Origin: Paramecium tetraurelia
Lineage: Eukaryota
Length of the DNA: 64,000 nt
Direction of reading: 5' to 3'
NCBI GenBank assembly: GCA_000165425.1
Contig: CT868032.1
Coordinates: 1-64,000, forward strand
Under the pieces are notes generated by a model. It did not search any database, was not told the origin of the DNA, and saw only the letters and a program-made list of their open reading frames with translations. Of the stretch, positions 27,115 through 38,869 are shown one piece after another. The stretch's first letter is position 1, and each line of letters begins with the position of its first letter. Made by a program: the position numbers and the translations under genes.

Positions 27115-28352
27115 ATGCTCAATCCAGACCTAATCTAAGAATTCGAAGTGAATGGATACAACTTACCAAAAATGGACAAAGCATAATGCATCAATCAAAT
27201 TAAATACTTACTCTAAACTCATCCATTGGATTTCGACTTTATTGTAGCCAATACGAAACTAACAACCAACTAGATGAATATTCTGTAATAAAAGACCCAC
27301 ATTTCAACAATCCTCAACTCTCCAAACGATTATAACATTTCAAGTCCCCTTTTTGATTTCAAACAATTGAATGAATTACTTCCTAATAAAAATAGATTGA
27401 AGATTAATGAAATTAAGTCCAAAGTCGAAAACCTTCTCAACAGTAGTCACATAGATCCCCCACAGACGATCAAAAAAAGGTATCCCCCAATATCCCATAT
27501 CCCTTTAGATGGTGGACAGAGGAGGAAGACCAACAACTCAAAGATTTGGTGTCTTAATATGGTGCTAAAAATTGGAAGAAAATAGCATCCTTTTTTTAAG
27601 ACAGAACCGACGTACAATGTTTGCATCGTTGGCAAAAGGTTCTCAACCCAGATTTAGTAAAGGGTCCTTGGACTCAAGAAGAGGATGAGTTATTAGGTAG
27701 ATTGGTGGTTGGCTACGGACCCAAGAATTGGAGTCAAATTGCCAAGCATCTCCCAGGGAGGATTGGGAAGCAATGCAGAGAGAGGTACTCAAATTTAAGT
27801 TAAGAAAGATTCCATAATCATCTGGATCCAAAGATCAATAAGGAGAGGTGGACCGACGAGGAGGACCAAACCATAATTGAGGCTCATAAGAAACTAGGAA
27901 ATCGCTGGTCTCTGATTGCTGGATTATTGAAAGGCAGAACAGATAATTCAATTAAAAACCATTGGAACAGCACATTGAAGAGGAGACTCAAGATGTAGAA
28001 CCGATGGGAAGACTTGCAGGTGTTGTAGAATCAGGATGACACCTAAATCAAAGGAATTCCTAGAAGACATATGCAAAGAAAAATCATCTATTAAAAGACA
28101 CCAGTGAAAATGATCAAACACGATCCCGTGTCCAGATAATTGAATTTTCAAACTCCATAATAATCACCATCAAGTAAACAGAATTACTTATCATTTAATT
28201 TAGAATTGGAGTCACTTTCCAAGAGTTTATTTATTGTATTCCCAAATTTCAACTCAAAGCTGATAAGTCTTTCAAGTGCAATTCTTATCAAATAGTTGGG
28301 GGAGTTGGTTAATTTTGATCTTGATTTCAATAAATAATATAGTTATGAATGA
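27115..28352 (+). CDS. Three-repeat (R1R2R3) Myb transcription factor
   Basis: [67 protein letters not shown]; two tiny introns. Confidence 0.95.
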
Positions 28353-28458
28353 GTTTATTATTCAATTAAAATAATATTACAACAGAATATAATAGATTTC
28401 ATATTATATAATTAAAAACAGGTTCTTGTAATAAATTATAAAGATAATTAAAATTAAA

Positions 28459-29587
28459 ATGGAATATCGAAGATTAGGAGCCACAGGACTTAAGGTATCT
28501 GCCATTAGTTATGGAAATTGGGTCAATTCCGATGACAAAGACACTCAAGATCGAAATACCAAGATCATTTAGAAGGCATGGGAATTAGGAATCAACTTCT
28601 TCGATACCGCTGAAATTTATGGAGATGGAAAAGCAGAGATACATCTCGGTCACGCACTCAAAACACTCAATGTCTAAAGATAAGACATTGTTATTAGTAC
28701 CAAAATTTACGGAGGTGATGGAAATGATTTTCCAAATTCCAAATATTTATCTAGGAAACATCTCATAGAAGGTACTCATTTTCATTATTCTTTAGGCTTG
28801 AGAAACTCTCTAAAAAGATTGGATACTCCTTATGTGGATATTGTTTTCGCCCACAGATATGATTATTAAACTCCTTTGGAAGAAACTTGCAGAGCTTTTG
28901 ATTGGATCATTAGACATGGTTTGGCTCATTATTGGGGAACAAGCGAGTGGACAGCCTAATAAATCCATCAAGCCATTGGTATCATTTCTATTTGATTATT
29001 TTAGGAATCTGTGATCGATTATCCTTACACAAACCAGTTGTTGAATAACCATAATACAATATGATGGTTAGAGATAGATTTGAATGGGAATACGAAAGTG
29101 TTTTCGCTTCTGGATATGGATCCACCATCTGGTCGCCTCTCTACTAAGGTTTGTTGACTGGCAAATACAATGACGACATTTTGGCTGACGGAAGGTTTAA
29201 CAACTCCGATAATATTTATGTTAAACACTTTTACCAATAAATTCTAGGTGATCCTGAAAGTATGATATATCAAAATATAATTAATTAGAAAGAACTAAAA
29301 TCTAAAATTAATTAAAATAACTAGGTGAAGTAGCCAAAGAGTTAGGAGTCACATAAGCACAACTCTCTCTCGCCTGGGCTCTTAAGAATAAGGATGTAAG
29401 CACTGCCATTACATCAGCCACAAGACCTGAATAATTGGAAGAGACTGTGAAATCCGTTCAGGTGGTTAAGTTGATCACCAAAGAAGTTGAACAAAAAATA
29501 GAATCCATTCTTTCAAATAAACCCACTACATCATTAAACTTTAAGCAGATGGCACCTTATCCCACAAGAAGAGATTTGTATGTTTGA
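28459..29587 (+). CDS. Aldo-keto reductase, voltage-gated K+ channel beta-subunit-like
   Basis: MEYRRLGATGLKVSAISYGNW, GINFFDTAEIYG, ISTKIY, YWGTSEW, WSPLYQGLLTGKY; three tiny introns. Confidence 0.93.
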
Positions 29588-30393
29588 GAATATACAATAA
29601 TTATCATATAATATTATTATTATTAAAGAATTCTCTTTTGCACCAAAACAGATTTTAATCATTTCTACTTTTAAATTAAAAGTGCGTGCTTATATGTTGC
29701 TGCCCCAGTTGTGCTTCGGACTATATATAAAACTTTTCTATAAAGGATTATATTATTTAAAATAAGGAATTAGCACCATTCATAATTGTTGGCAAATCTA
29801 AAATATTAAAATTGCTTATAGTCATATTAATAAATAAAATATATATATTGGCAATTAATATTAAGTTGACTAACTTAAATAATTAATATATCAAGCTGAT
29901 TCGACGTTTAATAATGATGAATATAAGAATCATTAAAATTATGCTTCAATTATTTCCAAATCCTATTCATCTTTCCTTGAATCATATTTTTATTAAATTC
30001 AATTTTGAGTATAAACAACTTCCAAAATATACATAGTTAGCCTTGTTATTTCACTATGCATACATTCCAAGTCATGATTTTAATGTTAGACCCGCATTAT
30101 TTGTAGTATGATCTTCAATTAATTTCATTTAGTCAATTCAAAAATCATATATTAGTCTTGGCTTGAACTGAATTTTCTCTAAAAATATTTCCATTATATA
30201 ATAATAAATATTCCTCACCATAGTCCATTTAACACTGCTTTAATCAAGTGGTTTCTACAATTTAAATCTGATGAAATCTGACGAAATCTGATAAAATCTG
30301 ATTGAATTATAAAAGATTTAATAATAGTCCTGTTATAAATATACCAGTTGTCGAAAGAAATTATCATTTAATTGAGTTTGAATCTATAGAATT

Positions 30394-31110
30394 ATGAGAA
30401 AAAGATTGATTCTTGCGGTTTTTAAAGTATAAGTAACAATTAATATTGATATAAGTTAATAACATCATATTGATCACTTAAGTCACATTTTATCTCAACC
30501 ATATTTGGGAATGCTCTTAATTTGTATTAGAGTATCACTGTGTATACTCTTCTTTAGAATGCACTTGGGATATCAAAACAAAGAATGCAAAAGTTTAGAC
30601 TGTAGTCAGATTTAAATTTACGACTTTTGTTTGCTACAATCAAAAAAATGCTCATGATCGGGTAAAATTGTGTCAAAGTGTCTCCTTGAAATTAACTGAC
30701 TGGGAACAAATAGCTTCAATGCACTATATAAAACCAATATTGTCAAGCTACAAATGGCACTAATTGTGAACCTATTGATTAACTCTAAGCATATATCTCA
30801 TTGAGATCATCTCGTATAGTCGATATCTCATGATATTTATACACATGTGAAATTTATGTTTCACTTGATGGACTATGCATGTGGATATGTGTTTAAGTCT
30901 CATCTTGTGCTCAATACTAAAGCGGAGCCTCAAATTATCCCCCAGCATATTGCTAATTGGTTACTGCTGGTTGTGTTCCATTAACGTGCAGTGCATAAAC
31001 AAATTAGGTGGATTGTATCTAAAAAATGTAATTGGATGCTCTTGGAATTTCAACTCAAATACTTGTGAAGATTATTCACCTTCTTCAAAAAATTATTTGA
31101 ACTGCTAGTG
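30394..31110 (+). pseudogene. Mini-antigen-like Cys-repeat surface protein pseudogene
   Basis: Periodic C..C.W motifs (CSQFVLEYHCVYSSLECTW, GCSWNFNSNTCEDY) similar to 37800-38621, with TGA stops and frameshifts. Confidence 0.6.
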
Positions 31111-31752
31111 ACTATTTTGAGTAAAATGATTATTTAAATATAGAACATGAAATATATCAATAATATTGAATAATTGTATTATGGGTAACGTTAATATCCC
31201 TGATATATTAATGAGTATATTCCAAAGTTAGTAAAATTATTTCTCGTAACAATAACGTCATCAAACTCAAAAAGGCTATATTATATTGTTTCTTAAGTGA
31301 TGAGATTAGAACTTCAGTCATATTATTTTCTACTCCTGTCTAAAGAGCATAAAAATATTTTTAAAAAAAAAAATTAGATCATCTTAGTTTGGTAATAGAA
31401 AATATAGAAGCATACAACATATATTCTAATGGTAAAAATATTTACATTTTTTAACATTGAAGGGTGATTAGCATTTATTAAGTTATATGTAAAAAACAAC
31501 ATAATTCCTTCTCCTGTCTTAATGAAAGCATTCTAAAGAAATCTAAAGCTCTTTAAATCAAAAAGGCGTTCATCAATAAGCTATTTTATAGAACCTGTGG
31601 AATTTCTATCATAATATATTAAACTATTTATATTCCAAATAACAGTGCTAAAAATCTATGTATAGGGTGTTGATTTAAATTGAGAGAAGATCGATGATAA
31701 TATTAAGGAAAACAATTAGGAATATATTAATACATTTAAATTAGGTAGATAA

Positions 31753-33513
31753 TCATGATGGATTTCTGCTAGACATAGGTTGGACGTTAAAAAATAGTTT
31801 GTGGATATCAATTGTTTATTGCTTCAACTGATCGAGAGTTGCATTTTTTAAGAATTTATTCACCTAAGAGGGACAGGTTAGTTCAGGTATTTATAAAGCC
31901 TTTTTGAGTTCAAAAAAATTGATATCCCTATGTTGTTTATTGTTATCAAACTTCAGGTCGAAAATCCTGTTTATGGTCATGCAAATGATGAGTTACAATC
32001 TTAGTCTAGCGTAAAAGAGTCCATCATCTGAATCTCCCTCTTCATCGATAAACCTATCCAATTCATAATAACAATATTGTAGGCATCTTCTATATGGGAG
32101 TTTAAATTAGTCGAATAGATTTAATTAGGAAGTCTTTGTTATGAATAAATACGTACATCCACAAATGCGCCATCCAAATTCAATTGTCTCCACAACGCCT
32201 TCTCTAAGTAACCAGCATTCACTTATTGACAATCGGCTTCTAAAGATAGGGTATCCAATTTTTTCTACTCTTTTTACATTTAATATTTGAGTTCAGACAA
32301 GTGATATTTGAATTATTTTGAATTCTTAATAAAGTTATTCCATTCATCCTAAGATACTTTGAGAAAGTTTATTTGATCCTTGATTAGGCCAAGAAATTCT
32401 CGTTTTAGAATAAGGAGCATATTCAAAAGGCATAATCTGGTCCAAAGAATGTATGAATATTGGGCAATAGAATCCAAAGAGTTGATTTGTTCTTCCATGA
32501 TGAAGAACTTGTAATAATGGAAATGCAATTCTCTCCAAATTTGAGGGTAGAGGTTCTTCTCCTAGACGATTAAATTCAAATATCATACTTCGTCAGATTT
32601 ATTATATAATGGCAAAAAATCTGGTGAGGGATTCTGTAATTCCATCAAGAGTTGAGACTGCTTTTGATATCGCGTACTGAAGATTAGAAGTTTAGTTTTT
32701 TCGTTGAATTCTTTCGGCTATGAATTAGCGATAAATTATTACAATTGCCCATTCAGGATTGAAGGCTTCTCGTTTTTTTATCGAAAATTTTATTTTTGAC
32801 AGACTTTATGGTTTATTGTAGAATTGACATATGTGATCGTTATTTGGGACACATTTGAAGACAGTGTGTAAATCTGAGAAAGTAATTCGTTTCTGCTCAG
32901 CCGGTTGCAACATTTTCATAACAAGGGATGATAATTGCTGAGGCATTCTCTTCTTATCCAATTAAGAATAAAATTTATTATATTCATCAAAGGTCTTAAA
33001 GTTATTCAAAACATTTTAAGTTAATAATTAATAGAGCAGACATCCCAACAACCACATATCGATTCCAAGTGAATATTCATTATTTTTGAGATATTCAGGA
33101 GGTGTTAGCTGAAGGTTTGGATAAAATCCAAATACTGAGAGTTTTATTTGGTTATTGGAAATGTAGGTGTTTTATATTGTAAAGCATCGACCTAAGCTGC
33201 CTTATTGGTGTAACACATACAAACCAATCAACAATTACTTAAATAAGTCAGTTATTTCTTCTACTGATAAATTTGCTTTCGATTTTATTAATTCTTCAAG
33301 GGTGGCTCCTTTTGGATCTGGAAAATAATATAATTAGTTTTATTCGAATTCGCATGGTTCTCTCAAGTGCTATCCAGTAATTTTTTGTTCTGACTCAAAG
33401 ATTACGAATAATTCTTCGAATATCACCTTTGCGACCAGCATTTTCTCTGAATTGAAATTCTTTGGAGTCAAAATAGCCTTAGTTCTGAAATTGAGTTCAA
33501 TTTCTTCAGACAT
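31753..33513 (-). CDS. Protein-kinase-fold protein, probable pseudokinase, with helical C-terminal extension
   Basis: LFKQLLIGLYVLHQQGSLGRCF, IKLSVFGFY, TPPEYL, IDMWLLGCLLYQLL, MLQPAEQKRI; three tiny introns. Confidence 0.8.
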
Positions 33514-33569
33514 TATTATTAATTTAAGGAAAATATATAAATAAACTTAATGAATCTCAATAATTTTGA

Positions 33570-35390
33570 TTATTTATATTGAAAACGAAGATGATTAATT
33601 TGTATATAATTAAACACTGGTGGTTGTGAAATACTTGTTCAAATCCAAACCCAAATCAATATCTTCAAATAAATTAGTATATAATCCAGAAAACATGAAT
33701 TAATTTTATTATCATAACAGTACAATTATGATGTCTAAAGAATTAATGTATCTTTGTTAAGTTTAAATTGTAAAGCAAGTGTCCCTTAATTAAAGAATCG
33801 AATGTCGATTAAATCGAGTTTTACTTAACCATTCAAAAGATCTGTTAATTGATCCTTCCGATATAAAATATTTTTATACTCCCGCTAATACCAAAAATAA
33901 CCATTCTATCCATTAAAATGTATATTAAGTCTTATATTATCTAATATATCGATTTCAATTACTTTCGCATCCAAGCTTTCAATCACTGCATTTTTGAAAT
34001 TATTCGATCTGAGCCTACAGAATCAAAAATAATTTCATTATGGATAGTACAATTATGATGCTTAAAATAAGTTAGTCTTAGATGTAAACTAATCACCTCC
34101 ATCAACTGCTTGTAATAAACCAACTACATAATTCAACTTTATTAATATTATTAGGTCTCATCGTTTGGATGATAGGAATAATGCTCATTTACATATGAAT
34201 ATTGCACAAAATCCTTTGGTGTTATTTGCATAAAAATAATATATCAATTCATCATTACTATCTTTACTATTGCTTTCGCTTTTCTTTCCTTGTTGTTCTT
34301 CTGTATTTTCTTATAATTTTCATATCACCTATCAAACTTATTTTATCAGTTTTCTCTGCCAACCTATTAATCCCAATCAAGTTATCACATTGCCTATTCA
34401 AAGTGTATTTTGAATGGCATACTTCAGGTTTGTCTTCATAAATCAAATAATTTGCTCCAAACTAATGCTATAATATTCCTTTTCTACTTTACCACCTTCC
34501 CTTATATGATAATCCCCAATTTTCGATTGATTTCCCTCTCCAGAATACACTATTTGATCTGTCTTGCAATTCTTGGCCAAAGGTATTTCAAACGTATACT
34601 CAATACCTTCCTTCTTAAATTAATACATTTGATAATATTATCATTTAATAAACATATAAATTTAAGCTGAGTTTAGAAAAAGAAAATAAGAGAAATTCTC
34701 AGTTTCTCGGCTTGTATCTCTATATAAATGAAGAGAGAGATACTATTTTTCATGTTGGTTGTGTATATTACATGTTTTAATCAAAATCTAGCTCCAGTTG
34801 ATAAAATATTTGTCTATATGAAGGTTTCTGATTGATTCTATTAACCATTTGTTTTGTTACTATTTTTTATACTAAAAGGTCCTTCAACTTGAAGATAGCT
34901 GACTAATTCGTTGGAATAGTTAGATGAACTGATTCCTCTAGCAAAGCTATCAACCATAATAATAGCAGAATTTTAAATTTGATTTGCAAAATTATTGATT
35001 TGATTGATTTAAATTTCAGAATAATAGTTTCTATTTTCATCTTCCATGATCATTTTGGAATAAGAAATGATATTATTAATAGAATCACTTATTTTATTGG
35101 AAAGATTATCTATTTTAGTAGGAAAATTACATATTTAATCATTAGGATTTTATTAATTATTAGTATGCTAACGTATCTTTTCTCTTAAAATGATTAATTA
35201 CTGTAAATTGGTATCCAATTTGCTCAAAGTAACTTCAATTTAATAAATAGAATTGTTTTGAATCTCATTAGTTCGAGGCCTAATTATTCTAATTATTGTT
35301 TTACTCTATATTTTCTTCTTGGCCTTCCTCATTAGGATGAATATCATTATTGAATACATTAGCAATTTATTAGCAGCAAGTACTACCCAT
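33570..35390 (-). CDS. Hypothetical protein starting MGSTCC (acylation-type N-terminus), Asn-rich segment; 3' end unresolved
   Basis: Long table-6 open stretches on the minus strand. Splicing was not fully resolved and this may be two genes. Confidence 0.45.
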
Positions 35391-35519
35391 TTGATTTAGA
35401 GATTGAATTTTTATTTGTTTTTATTTAATTTTAGAAATTTGATAAATTCAATTCATATATCACACCCTATTTCTATTAGTGATAAATATGTGTATTTATC
35501 ATAAATTAATAACTCATAA

Positions 35520-36110
35520 TCATTTCTTTTTTGCAATAATGGACAATATCGCAATTATCCAAGATAGCCCTTTCTCCAATTAACTGATATTATCTTTGAA
35601 GAATTTATTAAATCCTCCATCAATGACCATGAATTTCTTCATATGATAAACTGAAATTTTTTCTAACTCTTCTTTCGATAACTATTTTTATTTAGAAACA
35701 TCCAATTTAAACGGAAACGTAGTGTCACCTTTTTTGAATAAGAATTAAATTTCTATCTCCTGTTTTTAAGTTGTTTCTTACTCTTATTAACTCGATTTAA
35801 ATTCATAGTTCTCTTACCCATTGCTGTTTTACTATTATTTGTCAAATTCTATTTTCAGAGATGTGTCTGATAAAACCTATCAATAAATTAAGTCCAATAC
35901 TTAAAATGCTTCTCGAACCTCAGAATACTTCGCTTCATCTTTCGTTTATGATTCTGGATGATACCTAGATGCCAACTTCAAATAGGCAATCCTTATATCG
36001 GCTTAAGTTGCTGTATCAGGAATTTTAAGTATTTTATAATAATCCTTAGTGAATTTCGTAAGACCAGAAAATCGATTAAATGCATAATAGAGTCGGTAGG
36101 ATCTAAACAT
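35520..36110 (-). CDS. DnaJ-domain protein (HPE variant), possible mitochondrial presequence
   Basis: KDYYKILKIPDTATQADIRIAYLKLASRYHPE..YSEVREAFQVLSD; one 24-nt intron; Arg/aromatic-rich, acid-free N-terminus. Confidence 0.85.
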
Positions 36111-36152
36111 TATATTTAAATGAATAATTATTTTTATTCTTAAAACAAATAA

Positions 36153-37604
36153 ATGCCAATATAAGTAATGGGTTTTTAGTTTAATGTATATCCTCATTAA
36201 CAAGAAGTGAGATGACAAAGAATTCTAAATTAAAAGAGAAAGATTGACAACAAATTGATTATGAGATTATTCAACCCAATATGAACAAGAGATACCCGAT
36301 TTCTAAGGGGTAAACCTAATGGAATTCCCTATATAACATCTATAATTAAAGTGAATAAATTTATTATATGTTAAAATAACAAACCTAGCTTAATACACCT
36401 TCAACTTAATTCACTGCAAGAACTCCAGAAAAGAATATGGCTATAAAGCCTCCCTAAATAGTGCTTTATTTCTCTTATTTTTTAGTAAAGCGATATCTAT
36501 AATTATACTCCTCATGAATCGAGAGGAATTATTTTGCTCCCATATCAATAAAACTATCAGTTGCCAGGAACTCTGATTCCTCAATAAGATGTGTAAGCAG
36601 ATATTCAAAGTCCTGCGAGAGGGTACGAAATAAATTCACTAGCAAATATCTCTGACAATATTAAGCATATAACACAGAATCTTGAAGAATTATAAGTTGA
36701 ATTGAAGTAAGAAAAACAAAAGCGTTTGGACATTGAAAACAAATTCGAGCAATTGCAATAATAAAACCAAGAGTATTTATAGATCTATAAAAACAGGTTA
36801 GAATAAGAGTTAAATAAATAGAAACAAATATGTAAACAAATGGAGTATTTTAGTAAGGAATTGGAGAGTAAACTATAAAACTAAGTTACCATCACTTCAA
36901 GTCACTCCTCAGTAGAAAATGAGAATTAACAGAATATCTTCAGATAAGTGGAAACCCAAATGATAGAATTAAAAAAACAATTAGAGCAGGAAAAATTAAA
37001 ATCCTCTAATGAATCAGATAAACTTATTAAGGAATTCAAGATAATATATCAAGAACAAAAAAATTTAAATCAGAAATTGTTAGATGACAATACTCAATTA
37101 TAAAAAGCAATACGTTCTATTGAGAAGAGTTCGAAGAAAGCGTAAAAGTAATCTTCTAACTTATTGGAAGAGGCAAAGCTTAGGAAAATTGTAGAACTAT
37201 TTTACTTTGATAACAATGAAGAATGCTTGATTCAAATTCCTACTGAACAATAATTGGAAGCCATTAAGATACTCAAGTAAATTTCCTAATCTTAGAATTC
37301 TAAAACATAGAAGGACTAAACAGACAAGAAATGGAGTGCTAAAAAAGAACTCAAAAACTAATAAGAGTAATTGATAGGGGAAATTAAAGGTCAAATGGGT
37401 AAATTCATTGATCAGAAGGTAAACAAATAATTATATTATAAGAATATTTAACAGAAGGATGTAATCAAATTATAGAAGGAGTCTGCGGAACTGATACGAT
37501 AGTTGGATTAGGTGGAGAGTTATAAGTAGGAGATTGAACAGAGTTCAAAGCATAATTCTCACAAGAATAGTAATGTTTCCTTTAAAAATAATAATTTTTA
37601 TTGA
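36153..37604 (+). CDS. Hypothetical coiled-coil protein; 5' structure uncertain
   Basis: Long E/Q/K/L heptad-rich table-6 frame from ~36670 to 37550, with tiny introns. Confidence 0.55.
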
Positions 37605-37799
37605 ATTATAAATATTAAAAATTATAATTTCATTTTAAATTTTATGTAAATTAGATAAATGTTAAGAAAAACCTTAAGTCCTGTTTAAAATTATAAAAAT
37701 AATCAAACAATATGGAATATAACTAAATTAATGTACAAATAGTATAAATTTAATCACAAGAATATTTGAACTCAAATTTGTCATTAAAAATAAATAGTA

Positions 37800-38621
37800 A
37801 TGAAATTCATTGCTTTTATCTTGATAATTTGTACAGCCCCTGTTATAAACTCATTATCTTTGGATTTTAGGAACAGTTGCAATTGTTCTGAATTAATCTA
37901 TTTAAATGATTGTATAGCTGATAGCTCGGATTGCGTTTGGAATTCCTATACTAGCGAATGTACTGAGACAGCCTGTTCGAGCATAGAACGCTCGAGTCAC
38001 TGTCTATAGTCGTCTTAGAGATGCTATTGGTACAATAAGAAATGCAAAAACTTCTCGTCTTGTGAATCTATTCCAGGGAAAAGTCAATCAGAATGTCTTT
38101 AAGCAAACATTTATTGTCCTGCCTCGAATGGTATTAATTGTTTTTCCACGGATTTCTTACAGAAATGCTCAGATATAAATGATCCAGACATTTGCAATGA
38201 CTATTATTCCTCAAAGGGTAAGTGCATGTGGAATGGTCAGAATTGTATCATACTTAAATCATGTGCAGATTTGTGGACCAACTCAACAAAATCCTGTGAG
38301 TAAAGTGGGTGCTATTTTGATTAATACTCCTATTAATGCCGAGACATGACTTGTTCTTAGCTCGAATTGCAGTCTTAATGTGAATTGGGGGCACCAACAA
38401 TCGGTCCATATTTAAATAATGTCATTCCATGTACTTGGGATACCAATAGTGGGTTGTGCAAAAATGCGAAGCCTTCGGACTACAGCGTTGATCAGTGCTA
38501 TACTTACAGTGCAAGGACTTACCATTGGGGCAGTAGCAAGCCTAATAGAGGAGGGTGTGTGCCTTGTGAAAGTTTTATATTTTCAATTATAATCGTGTCA
38601 TTGATGACGATTATTATTTGA
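37800..38621 (+). CDS. Mini-antigen (Paramecium surface-antigen-type Cys repeats), 273 aa
   Basis: Intronless; signal peptide MKFIAFILIICTA, repeated C-x-W motifs, hydrophobic GPI-type tail FIFSIIIVSLMTIII. Confidence 0.85.
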
Positions 38622-38869
38622 TGAATATAACAATATCATAAATAAACCTAAACACAAAAGCAAATTTATAAAAATTATAGGATTGCAGTGACATTCCTTC
38701 TTTTTGAAACCTCGATTTAGGAAATTCAAAATATCTTGTGATGCATCCGTGAGTAAAAAGGAGGTGAGGAGGTTGTTAAAGGGAGTCCTTGAGATGAGGA
38801 GGGGGAGGGGGGTTTTATTGAATGAAAGTTGTTTAATTAGGGGCATTATTATAAATTTTTAAATATAAT

